Below, in pieces: positions 23,936 to 33,196 of a DNA stretch of 59,016 bases (position 1 is its first letter; the number at the start of each line of letters is the position of its first letter). The DNA is taken from contig JAZAMN010000069.1 in NCBI GenBank assembly GCA_036229005.1, positions 1-59,016 of the forward strand, written 5' to 3'. This stretch comes from Myxococcota bacterium. Lineage in GTDB: Bacteria; Myxococcota_A; UBA796; CAJQPC01. The notes below the pieces were generated by a model. That model was given only the letters and a program-made list of their open reading frames with translations. It had not been told where the DNA came from and did not search any database. Made by a program: the position numbers and the translations under genes.

Positions 23936-26299
23936 CTAGTCGGAAGAGGGAGAGGTTCTGAGGCTGCGGGCGGCGGCCACGGCCGCCTGACCCAAGGGAA
24001 CACAGCCGTCATGGGGAGGCAGCCGCCGATGCAGCAGCACATCCTGGCCCAAGCGAGGTGCGACCAGCTCGAGCAGGGTCTTGTTCTGCCAGACACCGCC
24101 CGAGAGCGCGACGGCCTGGACCTCGGGGTGCTTGCTGCGCAGGTGGCCCACCAGACGCAGGATGGCGTCGGCCAGCGCCACGTGGAAGCGGGCGCTGATC
24201 AGCGACACCGAGGTGCCCGCCCACACATCCCCCAGCAGCGCCGCCCACAGGCCCTTGGGCTCCAGGTAGGGGAGCCCGGCGTCCGGCAGGCGGGGCACCG
24301 AGATGGGGTAGCAGGGCTCGGCCAGCGCGGCGGCCAGGTCCTGGGGATGGATGGCCGCCTCCAGGGCGACTGCGGCCTGGGCCTCGTAGGAGATGGCCTC
24401 CCGGTGCAAGCCCACGGCGGCGGCCACGGCGTCGAAGAGGCGCCCCGTCGAGTGCGCCAGGGGCGCGTTCTTGCCGCCCTCCAGCATGGCGTCCAGCAGG
24501 GAGACCGGGCGCCGCAGCAGGTCCTGCACAGGCTCGGTGTCGCCGTAGTTCAGCTTGAGCTCGGGCCAGCCGTACTCCGCCCGCAGGTGGGCGTAGAGGT
24601 TGCGCCAGGGCTGCCGCGCCGCCGCGTCCCCCCCCAGCAGGGCCACCGGCTTCACGGTGCCGACGCGCTGGTAGTCCTCGTAGCTGCAGATCAGGAACTC
24701 GCCGCCCCACAGGCTGCCGTCCGCGCCCATGCCCAGCCCGTCCAGCGCCACGCCCAGCACCGGCCCGGCGGCCAGGGGCCAGCCGTTCTCCGCCATGCAG
24801 GCGGCGATGTGGGCGTGGTGGTGCTGCACGGCGTGCAGAGGCAGGGCGCGGGCCCGGGCGATGCCGCGGCCGATCTGGGTGCTGCGGTAGCCCTCGTGCA
24901 GGTCCACCGCGACGGCCTGCGGCTTGTGGGAGAGCAGCCCGCTGAGGCGGTCCAGGCAGCCCTGGTAGTCCTCGAAGGCCAGCAGGTCGTCCAGATCGCC
25001 AATGTGCGGCGACAGCGTGGCCCGACCGCCCTCCTGCACCAGGCAGAGCGCGGCCTTCCACTGGGCGCCGGTGGCCAGCAGCGGGGGCGCCTCTTCAAAG
25101 CCAGGGGGGAGCTGCAGGGAGGCCGGCGCGTAGCCTCGGGCCCGCCGCAGCACGCGGGGCGCGTCCGCCATCACCCGCACCACCGAGTCGTCCACCCGGT
25201 TGGCGATGGGCCGGTCGTGCACCAGCGCCCAGTCGGTGATGTCGCGCAGGCGCTCGATGGCCTCGTCGTTGTCGGTGCAGGGCGGCTCCTCGCTGCGGTT
25301 TCCGCTGGTGCACACGATGGGGCGGTGCCGCGTGCGCAGCATCATCAGGCGGTGCAGGGGCGTGGTGGGCAGCATGAAGCCCAGGGTGTCGCTGTCCGGC
25401 GCGATGTTCGCGGGCAGGGACTCCGGGCCGTCGGCGCGCAGCAGCACGATGGGGTTCGCGGGGCTCTGCAGCAGCGTGGCCTCGCTCTCGGACACCGTGC
25501 AATAGCGCCGGATGCACTCCAGATCCGGAGCCATGAGGGCGAATGGCTTGTGGGGCCGCTGCTTGCGGTCCCGCAGACGGGCCACGACCTCCTCCTTCTC
25601 CGCGAGACAGCACAGGTGGAAGCCCCCCAGGCCCTTGATCGCCACGATGTGCCCCTGCATCAGCAGAGTGCCCGCGGCGTCCATGTCGTCCAGCATGGTC
25701 AGGGCGACGTCGGCGTGGGGCCGCCCGTCGGTGCGCAGCAGCCGCGCCTTGGGTCCGCAGGCGTGACAGGCGATCGGCTGGGCGTGGTAGCGCCGGTCCT
25801 GGGGGTCCGCGTACTCCGCGCCGCACTCCTGGCAGAGCGCGAAGCCCGCCATGGTGGTCTGCGGCCGGTCCCAGGGGATGTCGAGCTGGATGCTGTAGCG
25901 GGGCCCGCAGTGCGTGCAGTTGGTCAGGGGGTAGCGGTAGCGCCGCTGGTAGGGGTCCCGGGCCTCGGCCATGCAGGCCGCGCAGGTCGCCGCGTCGGGC
26001 AGCACCTCGGTCTGGGGGGCGCCGGAGAGGGAGGGCTGGATGGTGAACGCACCCTGCAGCTCAACGCCTGGGGTGGGCTGGCGCTCCACGCTGTCCACCC
26101 GGGCCAGCGGCGGCAGCGAGGACATCAGCCCATCGACGAAGTCCTGGCGTTGCTCCTGGGTTCCGCCCAAGGCAATGAGCACGCCCTGGGCGTCGTTGCG
26201 CACCCACCCGGGCAGGCCGCGCTCTTGGGCCAGGCGCGCCACGGTGGGCCGGAAGCCCACGCCCTGGACGGCGCCGCGGACTCGGATCTGCTCAGCCAC
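23936..26299 (-). CDS. hypF: Carbamoyltransferase HypF
   Basis: GAVQGVGFRP acylphosphatase, two Zn fingers, KGLGGFHL, QHHHAH. Confidence 0.96.
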   Translation of the reverse strand: MAEQIRVRGAVQGVGFRPTVARLAQERGLPGWVRNDAQGVLIALGGTQEQRQDFVDGLMSSLPPLARVDSVERQPTPGVELQGAFTIQPSLSGAPQTEVLPDAATCAACMAEARDPYQRRYRYPLTNCTHCGPRYSIQLDIPWDRPQTTMAGFALCQECGAEYADPQDRRYHAQPIACHACGPKARLLRTDGRPHADVALTMLDDMDAAGTLLMQGHIVAIKGLGGFHLCCLAEKEEVVARLRDRKQRPHKPFALMAPDLECIRRYCTVSESEATLLQSPANPIVLLRADGPESLPANIAPDSDTLGFMLPTTPLHRLMMLRTRHRPIVCTSGNRSEEPPCTDNDEAIERLRDITDWALVHDRPIANRVDDSVVRVMADAPRVLRRARGYAPASLQLPPGFEEAPPLLATGAQWKAALCLVQEGGRATLSPHIGDLDDLLAFEDYQGCLDRLSGLLSHKPQAVAVDLHEGYRSTQIGRGIARARALPLHAVQHHHAHIAACMAENGWPLAAGPVLGVALDGLGMGADGSLWGGEFLICSYEDYQRVGTVKPVALLGGDAAARQPWRNLYAHLRAEYGWPELKLNYGDTEPVQDLLRRPVSLLDAMLEGGKNAPLAHSTGRLFDAVAAAVGLHREAISYEAQAAVALEAAIHPQDLAAALAEPCYPISVPRLPDAGLPYLEPKGLWAALLGDVWAGTSVSLISARFHVALADAILRLVGHLRSKHPEVQAVALSGGVWQNKTLLELVAPRLGQDVLLHRRLPPHDGCVPLGQAAVAAARSLRTSPSSD

Positions 26300-27497
26300 C
26301 CAGGCCCCCCTGGCGCGGCCAGAGCAGGATGCGGTGGTTGCCCGTGTCGGCCAGCACGACCATCTCGCCGATGGCCTGGATGCCATAGGGCCAGCAGATG
26401 CTGTCGCGGACCGTGGGGCCCCAGCGGTTGTCGCCCTTGGTCTTGAAGTGGGGCTGCGCGGAGAGCGCGGCGGCGGGGGCCCCGGTCTCCATCCGGGTGA
26501 AGCCCACCAGCCGGGAGTTGGCCGTGTCCCCCACCATCAGCACGCCGTCCTCCGAGGCCGCCACCGCGTAGGGCATGTTCAGGCAGGCAGCGTCAGGCCA
26601 GTACTTGCCCTGGTTGTGGTCCACGCCGCGGGCGTCGGACTGGCCCAGGATGATCTGCGCGGGGGCGCGGGTCTGGTCGGGCAGGCCGTCCCAGATCATC
26701 ACGCGGTTGTTCCCCGCGTCGGTCACCACCAGGCGCCCGTCCAGCACGGCCAGGTCGTGGGGCCAGCGCATGGTGGACAGGTCGGCGTCTCCGCCGCCGT
26801 TGTCCGAGCGGGTGTCCAGGTCGTCCTGCCCCAGCACGAAGTCGGCCGGCTGGCCGTTCTCGGTGGGCAGGGTGCGCCAGACCAGCACGCGGCGGTTGCC
26901 GGTGTCGGCCACGTAGAGCCGGCCCTGGTGCACCAGGATCTGGAAGGGCCAGTGCATGGTGTCCGCGTGGGCCTCGGGCTTGCCGCGGTTGGGGTCCATG
27001 CCGCCAAAGTCCGCCTGCCCCAGCACCAGATCCGCGGGCACGCCGCTGTCGGTCGGGCGCTCGAACCACACCAGCACGCGGTTGTTCCAGCCATCGGCCA
27101 CGGCCAGCCCGCGCGCGCCCCAGGGGGCCACGCCGGTGGGCACGTTCAGGGTGTTCGGGCCCGGCTCACCGCCGGCGTTGCGGCCCTCGGACTCAAAGTC
27201 GGGCTGCCCCAGCACCCAGTCCGGCAGGGTGTCGTCCTGGGTGGGGCGCTGGGCCCAGCCCAGCAGACGGTGGTGTCCGGTGTCGGCCACCCACAGCGGG
27301 CCGTCGGCGTCCAGCAGGCAGGCGCCGCGGGGCCCAAAGAGGGTGTCGCGGCGGGGGGCCACGGGGCCGATCAGGGGGTCGGCGCCGCCCAGGACCACGC
27401 TGGGGCCCTGCGGGGAGAGCAGCGGCGGCGCGGGGGACTCGGGGGCGTCGGGGCCGGCGGCGGGACCGGGCGCGTGGGAGCGGATCTTGGTCTTCAT
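26292..27497 (-). CDS. NHL-repeat protein (hydrogenase accessory)
   Basis: Repeated VADTGNxRV / VLGQxDF units. Confidence 0.85.
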   Translation of the reverse strand: MKTKIRSHAPGPAAGPDAPESPAPPLLSPQGPSVVLGGADPLIGPVAPRRDTLFGPRGACLLDADGPLWVADTGHHRLLGWAQRPTQDDTLPDWVLGQPDFESEGRNAGGEPGPNTLNVPTGVAPWGARGLAVADGWNNRVLVWFERPTDSGVPADLVLGQADFGGMDPNRGKPEAHADTMHWPFQILVHQGRLYVADTGNRRVLVWRTLPTENGQPADFVLGQDDLDTRSDNGGGDADLSTMRWPHDLAVLDGRLVVTDAGNNRVMIWDGLPDQTRAPAQIILGQSDARGVDHNQGKYWPDAACLNMPYAVAASEDGVLMVGDTANSRLVGFTRMETGAPAAALSAQPHFKTKGDNRWGPTVRDSICWPYGIQAIGEMVVLADTGNHRILLWPRQGGLGG

Positions 27498-28351
27498 GGG
27501 ATGAGCTGGATCTGCACGCGGCCGTCCTGGACGCGGACGGGGTAGCGGGGGAGCTGGACCTCGGGCGCGGTGATGCACTCGCCGGTGGCCAGGATGTACT
27601 GGAAGCCGTGGTAGCGGCAGGTCAAGATGCCCTGCGAGAGCTCGCCGGTGTCCAGGGGCATGCCCAGGTGGGTGCAGGCGTTGGGGTAGGCGCGGATCTC
27701 GCTGTCCCCCACCCGCGTGAGCAGCAGCGAGACCTTCTCGAGCTCCACGACCGTGATCTGGCCACCGCGCACCTCGTCCGCGGGCCCAGCGTCGATCCAT
27801 GGCTTGGAGAAGGGTGACTCGGCGGTGTTCCGATTGGCCTCGCTGGCCGCATCAGCCGCGCTCCCCTCGACCACGACCACGCGCTCGATCTCCGGCACGT
27901 GCTCGCAGACCGCCTTCTCGATGCCCAGCTTGACGGTGGCGTCCGTGAAGGCGCAGCCGTTGCAGCCGCCCAGCATGCGGATGCGGATCTCGGGGGGCTC
28001 GACGGCCAGCAGCTCGACGTCGCCGTTGTGGCTGTCCAGCGCGGGGCGCACGGTGTTCAGGGCGGCCTGGACCTGGTCCCAGAGGCGGGGCTTGGGGTCC
28101 CGGATCATGCCGTGGTAGTGCAGCACGCCGCGCACCCAGGGGTCATCCAGGGCCTTGGTGAGGGCCTCCAGACCGCCGGGCTCGGCCTTGACCACGCGGA
28201 TCAGGCGCCGCAGGGCCTCGGCGTTGAGCTCTTCTACCGAGGTGCGCAGGGCCTGCACGGTGGAGCGCTGGTGATCCGCCCAGGCGGCGACGACGCTCTC
28301 CAGGGACTCGAGGTCCCGGGCGCTCTGCTCGAAGGACTTCTCGGAGCTCAC
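27494..28351 (-). CDS. NifU-like plus Rieske-domain protein
   Basis: VRPALDSHNGDVEL..GGCNGC and CTHLG..CRYHG. Confidence 0.88.
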   Translation of the reverse strand: MSSEKSFEQSARDLESLESVVAAWADHQRSTVQALRTSVEELNAEALRRLIRVVKAEPGGLEALTKALDDPWVRGVLHYHGMIRDPKPRLWDQVQAALNTVRPALDSHNGDVELLAVEPPEIRIRMLGGCNGCAFTDATVKLGIEKAVCEHVPEIERVVVVEGSAADAASEANRNTAESPFSKPWIDAGPADEVRGGQITVVELEKVSLLLTRVGDSEIRAYPNACTHLGMPLDTGELSQGILTCRYHGFQYILATGECITAPEVQLPRYPVRVQDGRVQIQLIP

Positions 28352-29334
28352 GAACGCAGCCCCGGTCGGTCGCTGGCCAGCTCCTGGCGCAGGTTGTCGG
28401 CGATGCCGGCCACGGTCTGGGCGCGGTCGGGCAGGCCGAACTGCTGGAAGATGTTTCCGGCCTCGACCAGCAGATCCACGGCCTGTTGCAGCTTGATGGG
28501 GTTGCCCTTGTCCGGGTCCTCCGGGTCGTCGGGCAGGTTCATCAGGGCGTTGGCCTTGTTGGAGATGGTGTTCGCGTACTCCACGGGGGTGTCGTGGGGG
28601 GTGCGCACCTTGAGGGCCTCGTCGTAGGCCTCGACCGCGCGGGCCAGGTTCTCCAGGCGGTGGGCGGTCTTGGTGGACTGCAGCGCGTTGCCCAGGTTGT
28701 TCTGGAGCATGGCGTACTCGCTGGGGTCGTCGATCAGGTTGATGACCTTGAGCGCCTCCTGGAAGGACTGCACGGCCAGGGCCTCGCGCACGCCCTCCTT
28801 CTCGGGGGCCATGCGCATGCTCAGGTAGGCGGTCGCCAGGTTGTTGTGCAGGATGGCGAACTCGCGGGGGAAGCCGGGGGGCTGGAACACCCGCAGGGCC
28901 CGCTGGTAGGCCTTGACGGCGTCAGCCAGCCGGGCCTTTCCGGTGGGGGCCAGGGCCTGGAGGATGAGCCCGTGGACCATCTCGGCCTCGGCGGTCTCCT
29001 CGTCCTCGCCCTTCTCCCGGAGCACCGGCAGGGCGGCGTCCAGGGCGTCTCGCGCGGCGACCATCTCGTCCAGGCCCACTCCGGGCATCCGGCGCAGGGC
29101 GGCGCCCTTTCCAGCCAGGATCCGGGCGTGGCCCAGGGGGAAGTCGGCGGTCAGGCGCTCGGCCTCCTCGTACAGGGCGATGGCCTCCCAGAGCTCCTGG
29201 GGGTCCTTGGGCTGCCGCTGCAGGTCCAGGGCGATCTCGGAGAGGGCGTCGGCCTGCTCCAGGGGGGAGCGGCCCGAAGCGCGAACGCGCTCCATGGCGG
29301 CCTGAATGTGGGCGCGGGGGGGCAGAGAGGGCAT
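28348..29334 (-). CDS. Tetratricopeptide-repeat protein (hydrogenase accessory)
   Basis: Repeated YAMLQNNLGNAL / AVEAYDEALKV helices. Confidence 0.8.
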   Translation of the reverse strand: MPSLPPRAHIQAAMERVRASGRSPLEQADALSEIALDLQRQPKDPQELWEAIALYEEAERLTADFPLGHARILAGKGAALRRMPGVGLDEMVAARDALDAALPVLREKGEDEETAEAEMVHGLILQALAPTGKARLADAVKAYQRALRVFQPPGFPREFAILHNNLATAYLSMRMAPEKEGVREALAVQSFQEALKVINLIDDPSEYAMLQNNLGNALQSTKTAHRLENLARAVEAYDEALKVRTPHDTPVEYANTISNKANALMNLPDDPEDPDKGNPIKLQQAVDLLVEAGNIFQQFGLPDRAQTVAGIADNLRQELASDRPGLRS

Positions 29335-29339
29335 GACGC

Positions 29340-30131
29340 TCAGCTCGGGGTGGGGAAGGTGATGGCCAGGGCCCCCATCTGGGGGTCCCAAGCAGCCTCG
29401 CAGGGGCCCTGGAGGCTCTCGTCCAGGCCCTGGGTGCGCAGGAAGTCCACGATCTCGACAGCGCGGTCTCCCTTGAGGTTGCGCTGCTTGATCAGCACCC
29501 CGCCGGCGGTGCTCAGCACCGGAAGCAGGGCCATGCGACCGTCCATGGGGAGCAGCACGGCGCCCTCCTTGGACTCGAAGAAGTCCGCGTAGACCTGGGC
29601 GGGGATGTGCAGGTTTCCGCGGCGCAGCTCCAGGGTCACGGGGGGAGCCTCATCGTGGCGGTGGAGGGCGAATTGGGCCACCTCCTCCAAGATGCGCTCG
29701 TACACCCGCTGTCCTGCATCCTGGACCGGCGAGGTGATCTCGGTGCCGAGCCCCGTCTGCTGGGCCTCGATCAGCCACACCGTGATGTCCGTGGGGAACT
29801 GCTCCCCGAACATCCGGCGGCCAGCGGCCAGCGCGTGGTCCCAGCGCAGATCGTGCAGGGAGTAGGTGGGCTGGTGGTCCTCGGCGAGCTCCTCGCCAGG
29901 GACCTGGTACAGGGTGCCGGGCTCAGCACCAGTGGTGGCGGCGTCGATGAGGATCAGGCGGGTGCTGCCGCGGGCGGCGAACATCACGTCCAGGCCGCCC
30001 GTGCCGCAATCCAGAGCCTGAACACCAGGCACAGGATGGCGCCGAAGCCGCTCGGCCAATCGCCGGACGACTTCGACGCCGATCCCATCATCCTGTCGGT
30101 TCAGGTTGCCGCAGCCGATGATGCTGAGCAC
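29340..30131 (-). CDS. Hydrogenase maturation protease with C-terminal extension (start approximate)
   Basis: IIGCGNLNRQDDGIG, DCGTGGL, LILIDA, SLHDLRWDHAL. Confidence 0.85.
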   Translation of the reverse strand: MLSIIGCGNLNRQDDGIGVEVVRRLAERLRRHPVPGVQALDCGTGGLDVMFAARGSTRLILIDAATTGAEPGTLYQVPGEELAEDHQPTYSLHDLRWDHALAAGRRMFGEQFPTDITVWLIEAQQTGLGTEITSPVQDAGQRVYERILEEVAQFALHRHDEAPPVTLELRRGNLHIPAQVYADFFESKEGAVLLPMDGRMALLPVLSTAGGVLIKQRNLKGDRAVEIVDFLRTQGLDESLQGPCEAAWDPQMGALAITFPTPS

Positions 30132-30160
30132 GTCTTGTCCCTGTGGGGCGGGTGGCCCGC

Positions 30161-31768
30161 TCAGTTCGTGCGGAACTTCGCGAGCTGCTTGCCGGTCTTC
30201 TTGTCGTAGGCGTGCACGGTGCAGACCAGGCACGAGTCGAAGGAGCGGGCCACGTGGCCGACCTCGACGGGATCGTGCTTGTCCTGGATGGGCGTGCCGA
30301 TCAGCGCTTCCTCGATGGGACCACGGACTCCCTCGGCGTCGCGAGGGCCCACGTTCCAGGTGGTGGGGGCGATGATCTGGTAGTTCTTGATCTTGCCGTC
30401 CTTCACCTCGATCCAGTGGGACAGGGCGCCGCGGGCAGCCTCGGTCGCGCCGAAGCCCTTGCCGTCCTTGACCTCCGGCTTGATGTAGAAGGGCTCGTCC
30501 AGGCGCAGCTCACGCAGGCAGCGCTCGGCCTGACGGTAGAGCTTGACGATCTCGTGGAGGCGCGCGAGCTGGCGCAGGTGCAGGTTGGCCCCGCCCATGG
30601 CCTTGTAGGCGCTCTCGATGAAGCCGTCGGTGTGCTGGTGAGGCAGAGCACCGGGGGAGCCGGCGACGAGCTGACGGGCCAGGGGTCCAGCCTCAGCGCG
30701 GCCGAAGTTGTGGGCGCTGACGGCGGTCGACCAGGTGTACATGCCGCCGAAGTCGTGGTCGTTCTTCTGGACGGGCTCGACGGTGCGGTCGAAGGGATGG
30801 ACGTCCTCGTTGCCCTCCTTGTACCAGGCGTGCTTGGTGTTCTCGCGAACCAGCGCCTGATCCATGGGGATGTGGCGGTTGCCCTTGCCGTCGTAGAGGC
30901 CACCGCGCATGATCACCGCGCCGGCGCGGCTGGCGATGGTGGGCTTGTTGTAGTGGTCCTCGTGGGGGAGGTAGCCCCAGGTCACGAACTGCTCGCAGCC
31001 GCGGCCGTACTTGTCCAGGCCGTAGTCCAGGCCGGCCTTCCAGTAGAGGGCCAGGTCCGAGTTGGCCTGCTTCTCGTTCTCGTTCATCCAGGCCATGAAG
31101 TCGTCGTAGGTCTGGATCTCCTCGTAGCGCTCCAGGGAGCAGCCCAGCCAGAGGGGCTCCAGCCAGTTGCGGCGGAAGTACTCCAGGATGGCCCAGGCGC
31201 GGGTCACGTCCGTCAGGGTGGGCGAGCACATCACGCCGCCGGGCACCATGAAGGAGGAGTGGGGCCACTGGCCGCCCAGCAGGGCGTAGATCTCGACGGG
31301 CTTGCCGGAGATAGTGACGCCGGCCTCGTACGAGGTGCCGGTGAAGGCCTGGAAGCGGCGGGTGACCTCCTCGAAGTACTTGCTGGCCTTGTACTTGGGG
31401 TGCGCCATGTCGATGGCGAAGAGGCCGTAGAAGTAGCGGGGGATGGACTGGATGGTCTCGACCAACTGGCCCAGGTTCCGCGCGATGATGGCATTGCGGG
31501 GCACGGTGGAGCCGTAGGCCACGTCCAGGGCCCAGGAGGCGCAGGTCAGGTGGCTGGCGCCGCAGATGCCGCAGGCGCGGGGGGTCACGACCAGGCCGGC
31601 CTGGGGGTCCTTGCCGCGCAGGATGACCTCGAAGCCGCGGAACATCTCGGCCTGGGTCCAGGCGTTGACGACCTGGCCGTCCTCGATCTCGACGCGGACA
31701 TCCAGGTCGCCTTCGACGCGACCGACGGGAGAGATGTCCAGGGTCTCTCGGTTGTTGTTCTCTTCCAC
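30161..31768 (-). CDS. hupL: [NiFe]-hydrogenase large subunit, group 2a (HupL/HucL-like)
   Basis: GRVEGDLD, RACGICGASH (L1), RSFDSCLVCTVH (L2) plus a cleavable tail. Confidence 0.92.
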   Translation of the reverse strand: MEENNNRETLDISPVGRVEGDLDVRVEIEDGQVVNAWTQAEMFRGFEVILRGKDPQAGLVVTPRACGICGASHLTCASWALDVAYGSTVPRNAIIARNLGQLVETIQSIPRYFYGLFAIDMAHPKYKASKYFEEVTRRFQAFTGTSYEAGVTISGKPVEIYALLGGQWPHSSFMVPGGVMCSPTLTDVTRAWAILEYFRRNWLEPLWLGCSLERYEEIQTYDDFMAWMNENEKQANSDLALYWKAGLDYGLDKYGRGCEQFVTWGYLPHEDHYNKPTIASRAGAVIMRGGLYDGKGNRHIPMDQALVRENTKHAWYKEGNEDVHPFDRTVEPVQKNDHDFGGMYTWSTAVSAHNFGRAEAGPLARQLVAGSPGALPHQHTDGFIESAYKAMGGANLHLRQLARLHEIVKLYRQAERCLRELRLDEPFYIKPEVKDGKGFGATEAARGALSHWIEVKDGKIKNYQIIAPTTWNVGPRDAEGVRGPIEEALIGTPIQDKHDPVEVGHVARSFDSCLVCTVHAYDKKTGKQLAKFRTN

Positions 31769-31831
31769 AGGGAACTCCGAAAAGGGGGGTGTGCCTTTCT
31801 CAGGCGTGATGTCTTGGGAGTGTCCGTCGGA

Positions 31832-32794
31832 TCAGACGACGAACATGTCTTCCTTGGACCAGTCGGGGGCCGCGGACTTGCCGGCGGCGACCACCGTCAG
31901 GTAGCTCCGCTTGGTCATGCCGGGAGGCACCTCGTTGGGCAGGCCCAGGGTGGTCGGCGTCGCGAAGACCGTGCCGGGGGCCAGGTCGTGGTGCGGGAAG
32001 CCGGGCTCGGTGCAGCCGATGCAGGGCATGCCGGCGCGGGTCTTGGAGGACTGCCGGTTCCACAGGATGCGGTTGCAGGGGGAGCGGGTGAAGGGACCGC
32101 GGCAGCCCAGGTCGTAGAACAGGCAGCCGTTGCGCTGGCCGAACTCGGTCGCGGAGACCTTGTAGGCGAAGTGCATGTTCCGGGTGCAGCCGGTCTGGGT
32201 GAAGCTGGTGAAGAAGGTGGCCGGGCGGTTCAGCTCGTCCAGGCTCAGGTCACCGGCGCGGCCGGTCGCCAGGGCCACGAGGATCTGGGTGATCCAGTCG
32301 GGGTGGGCCGGGCAGCCGGGGATGTTGATGACCGGGAGGCCGGCCTTGGACTTGAAGTCGTCGCCCAGGAAGCCACCAGCGGCCTGCCGGTTGAACTGCA
32401 TGCCCGTGGACTCGGAGGGGTTGGGGGGGACCGCGGGGATGCCGCCCCAGGTCGCGCAGTCACCGATGGCGACCACGAAGTCCGCGGCCTCGGCCAGGTC
32501 CTTGACCCAGTCCTTCATGGCGCGGCCCGCGAAGCGGTTCCAGTTGCCCGTGCCATTGGGCGCCTGGATCACGGAGCCCTCGAACACGAAGATGTTCATC
32601 TCCGTCTCGCCGCTCACGCAGCGCTCGCACAGCTCCTTGACCTGCTCGCCGAGCTCCAGCCCCAGGGAGGGGTGCCAGAGCAGGTTGACGCCAAAGTCGG
32701 TGATGAGGTCACAGACACTGGGCTCTTCTGCGTTCAGGAAGGACATGGTGTTTCCAGAACACGCGCCGCCCTGCAGCCAAAGTACGTTTGCCAT
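31832..32794 (-). CDS. hupS: [NiFe]-hydrogenase small subunit, group 2a (HupS/HucS-like), no Tat leader
   Basis: MANVLWLQGGACSGNTMSFLNAEEP, GDCATWGG, PGCPAHPDW, CLFYDLGCRGP, CIGCTEP. Confidence 0.92.
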   Translation of the reverse strand: MANVLWLQGGACSGNTMSFLNAEEPSVCDLITDFGVNLLWHPSLGLELGEQVKELCERCVSGETEMNIFVFEGSVIQAPNGTGNWNRFAGRAMKDWVKDLAEAADFVVAIGDCATWGGIPAVPPNPSESTGMQFNRQAAGGFLGDDFKSKAGLPVINIPGCPAHPDWITQILVALATGRAGDLSLDELNRPATFFTSFTQTGCTRNMHFAYKVSATEFGQRNGCLFYDLGCRGPFTRSPCNRILWNRQSSKTRAGMPCIGCTEPGFPHHDLAPGTVFATPTTLGLPNEVPPGMTKRSYLTVVAAGKSAAPDWSKEDMFVV

Positions 32795-33196
32795 CGGTGT
32801 GGTCTCCGGTTTCCATGGGGATTGCCTCACAGACGACTCTCCCCATCAAGGAGGGGATTCCCCTCATCCAAAGGGGACCAGCGCCCATCCCAAGGCCCAC
32901 AGAAGAGACCGAACGCTCGTTCTTCTCCGAAAACAAGGACCAGGACAGCGGAAGAGCAGTCCCAGCCTTATTGATGAATCGCTTTCACGCACCCCGTCGG
33001 GCTTCTTTGCTACGCTGGCGTATTCGTCCAACACCCCAAAACGCCGAGATCAAAGCCGCTAGCACTCGCGGGGCAAAGGTCTGATAGCAGTTTTCAGTAT
33101 CATATCAAAGTAGAGGGTGGAGGTCGAAAACGAACGACTGTTCGCTTCTCCCTCCCCCACCGCATCACGGCACTCCGAGCGCAGACGCTCGGGTGC

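Noticed and set aside
32795..33196. AT-richer region upstream of hupS as a sigma54 or FNR promoter
   Set aside because: I found no convincing TGGCAC-N5-TTGC or TTGAT-N4-ATCAA match
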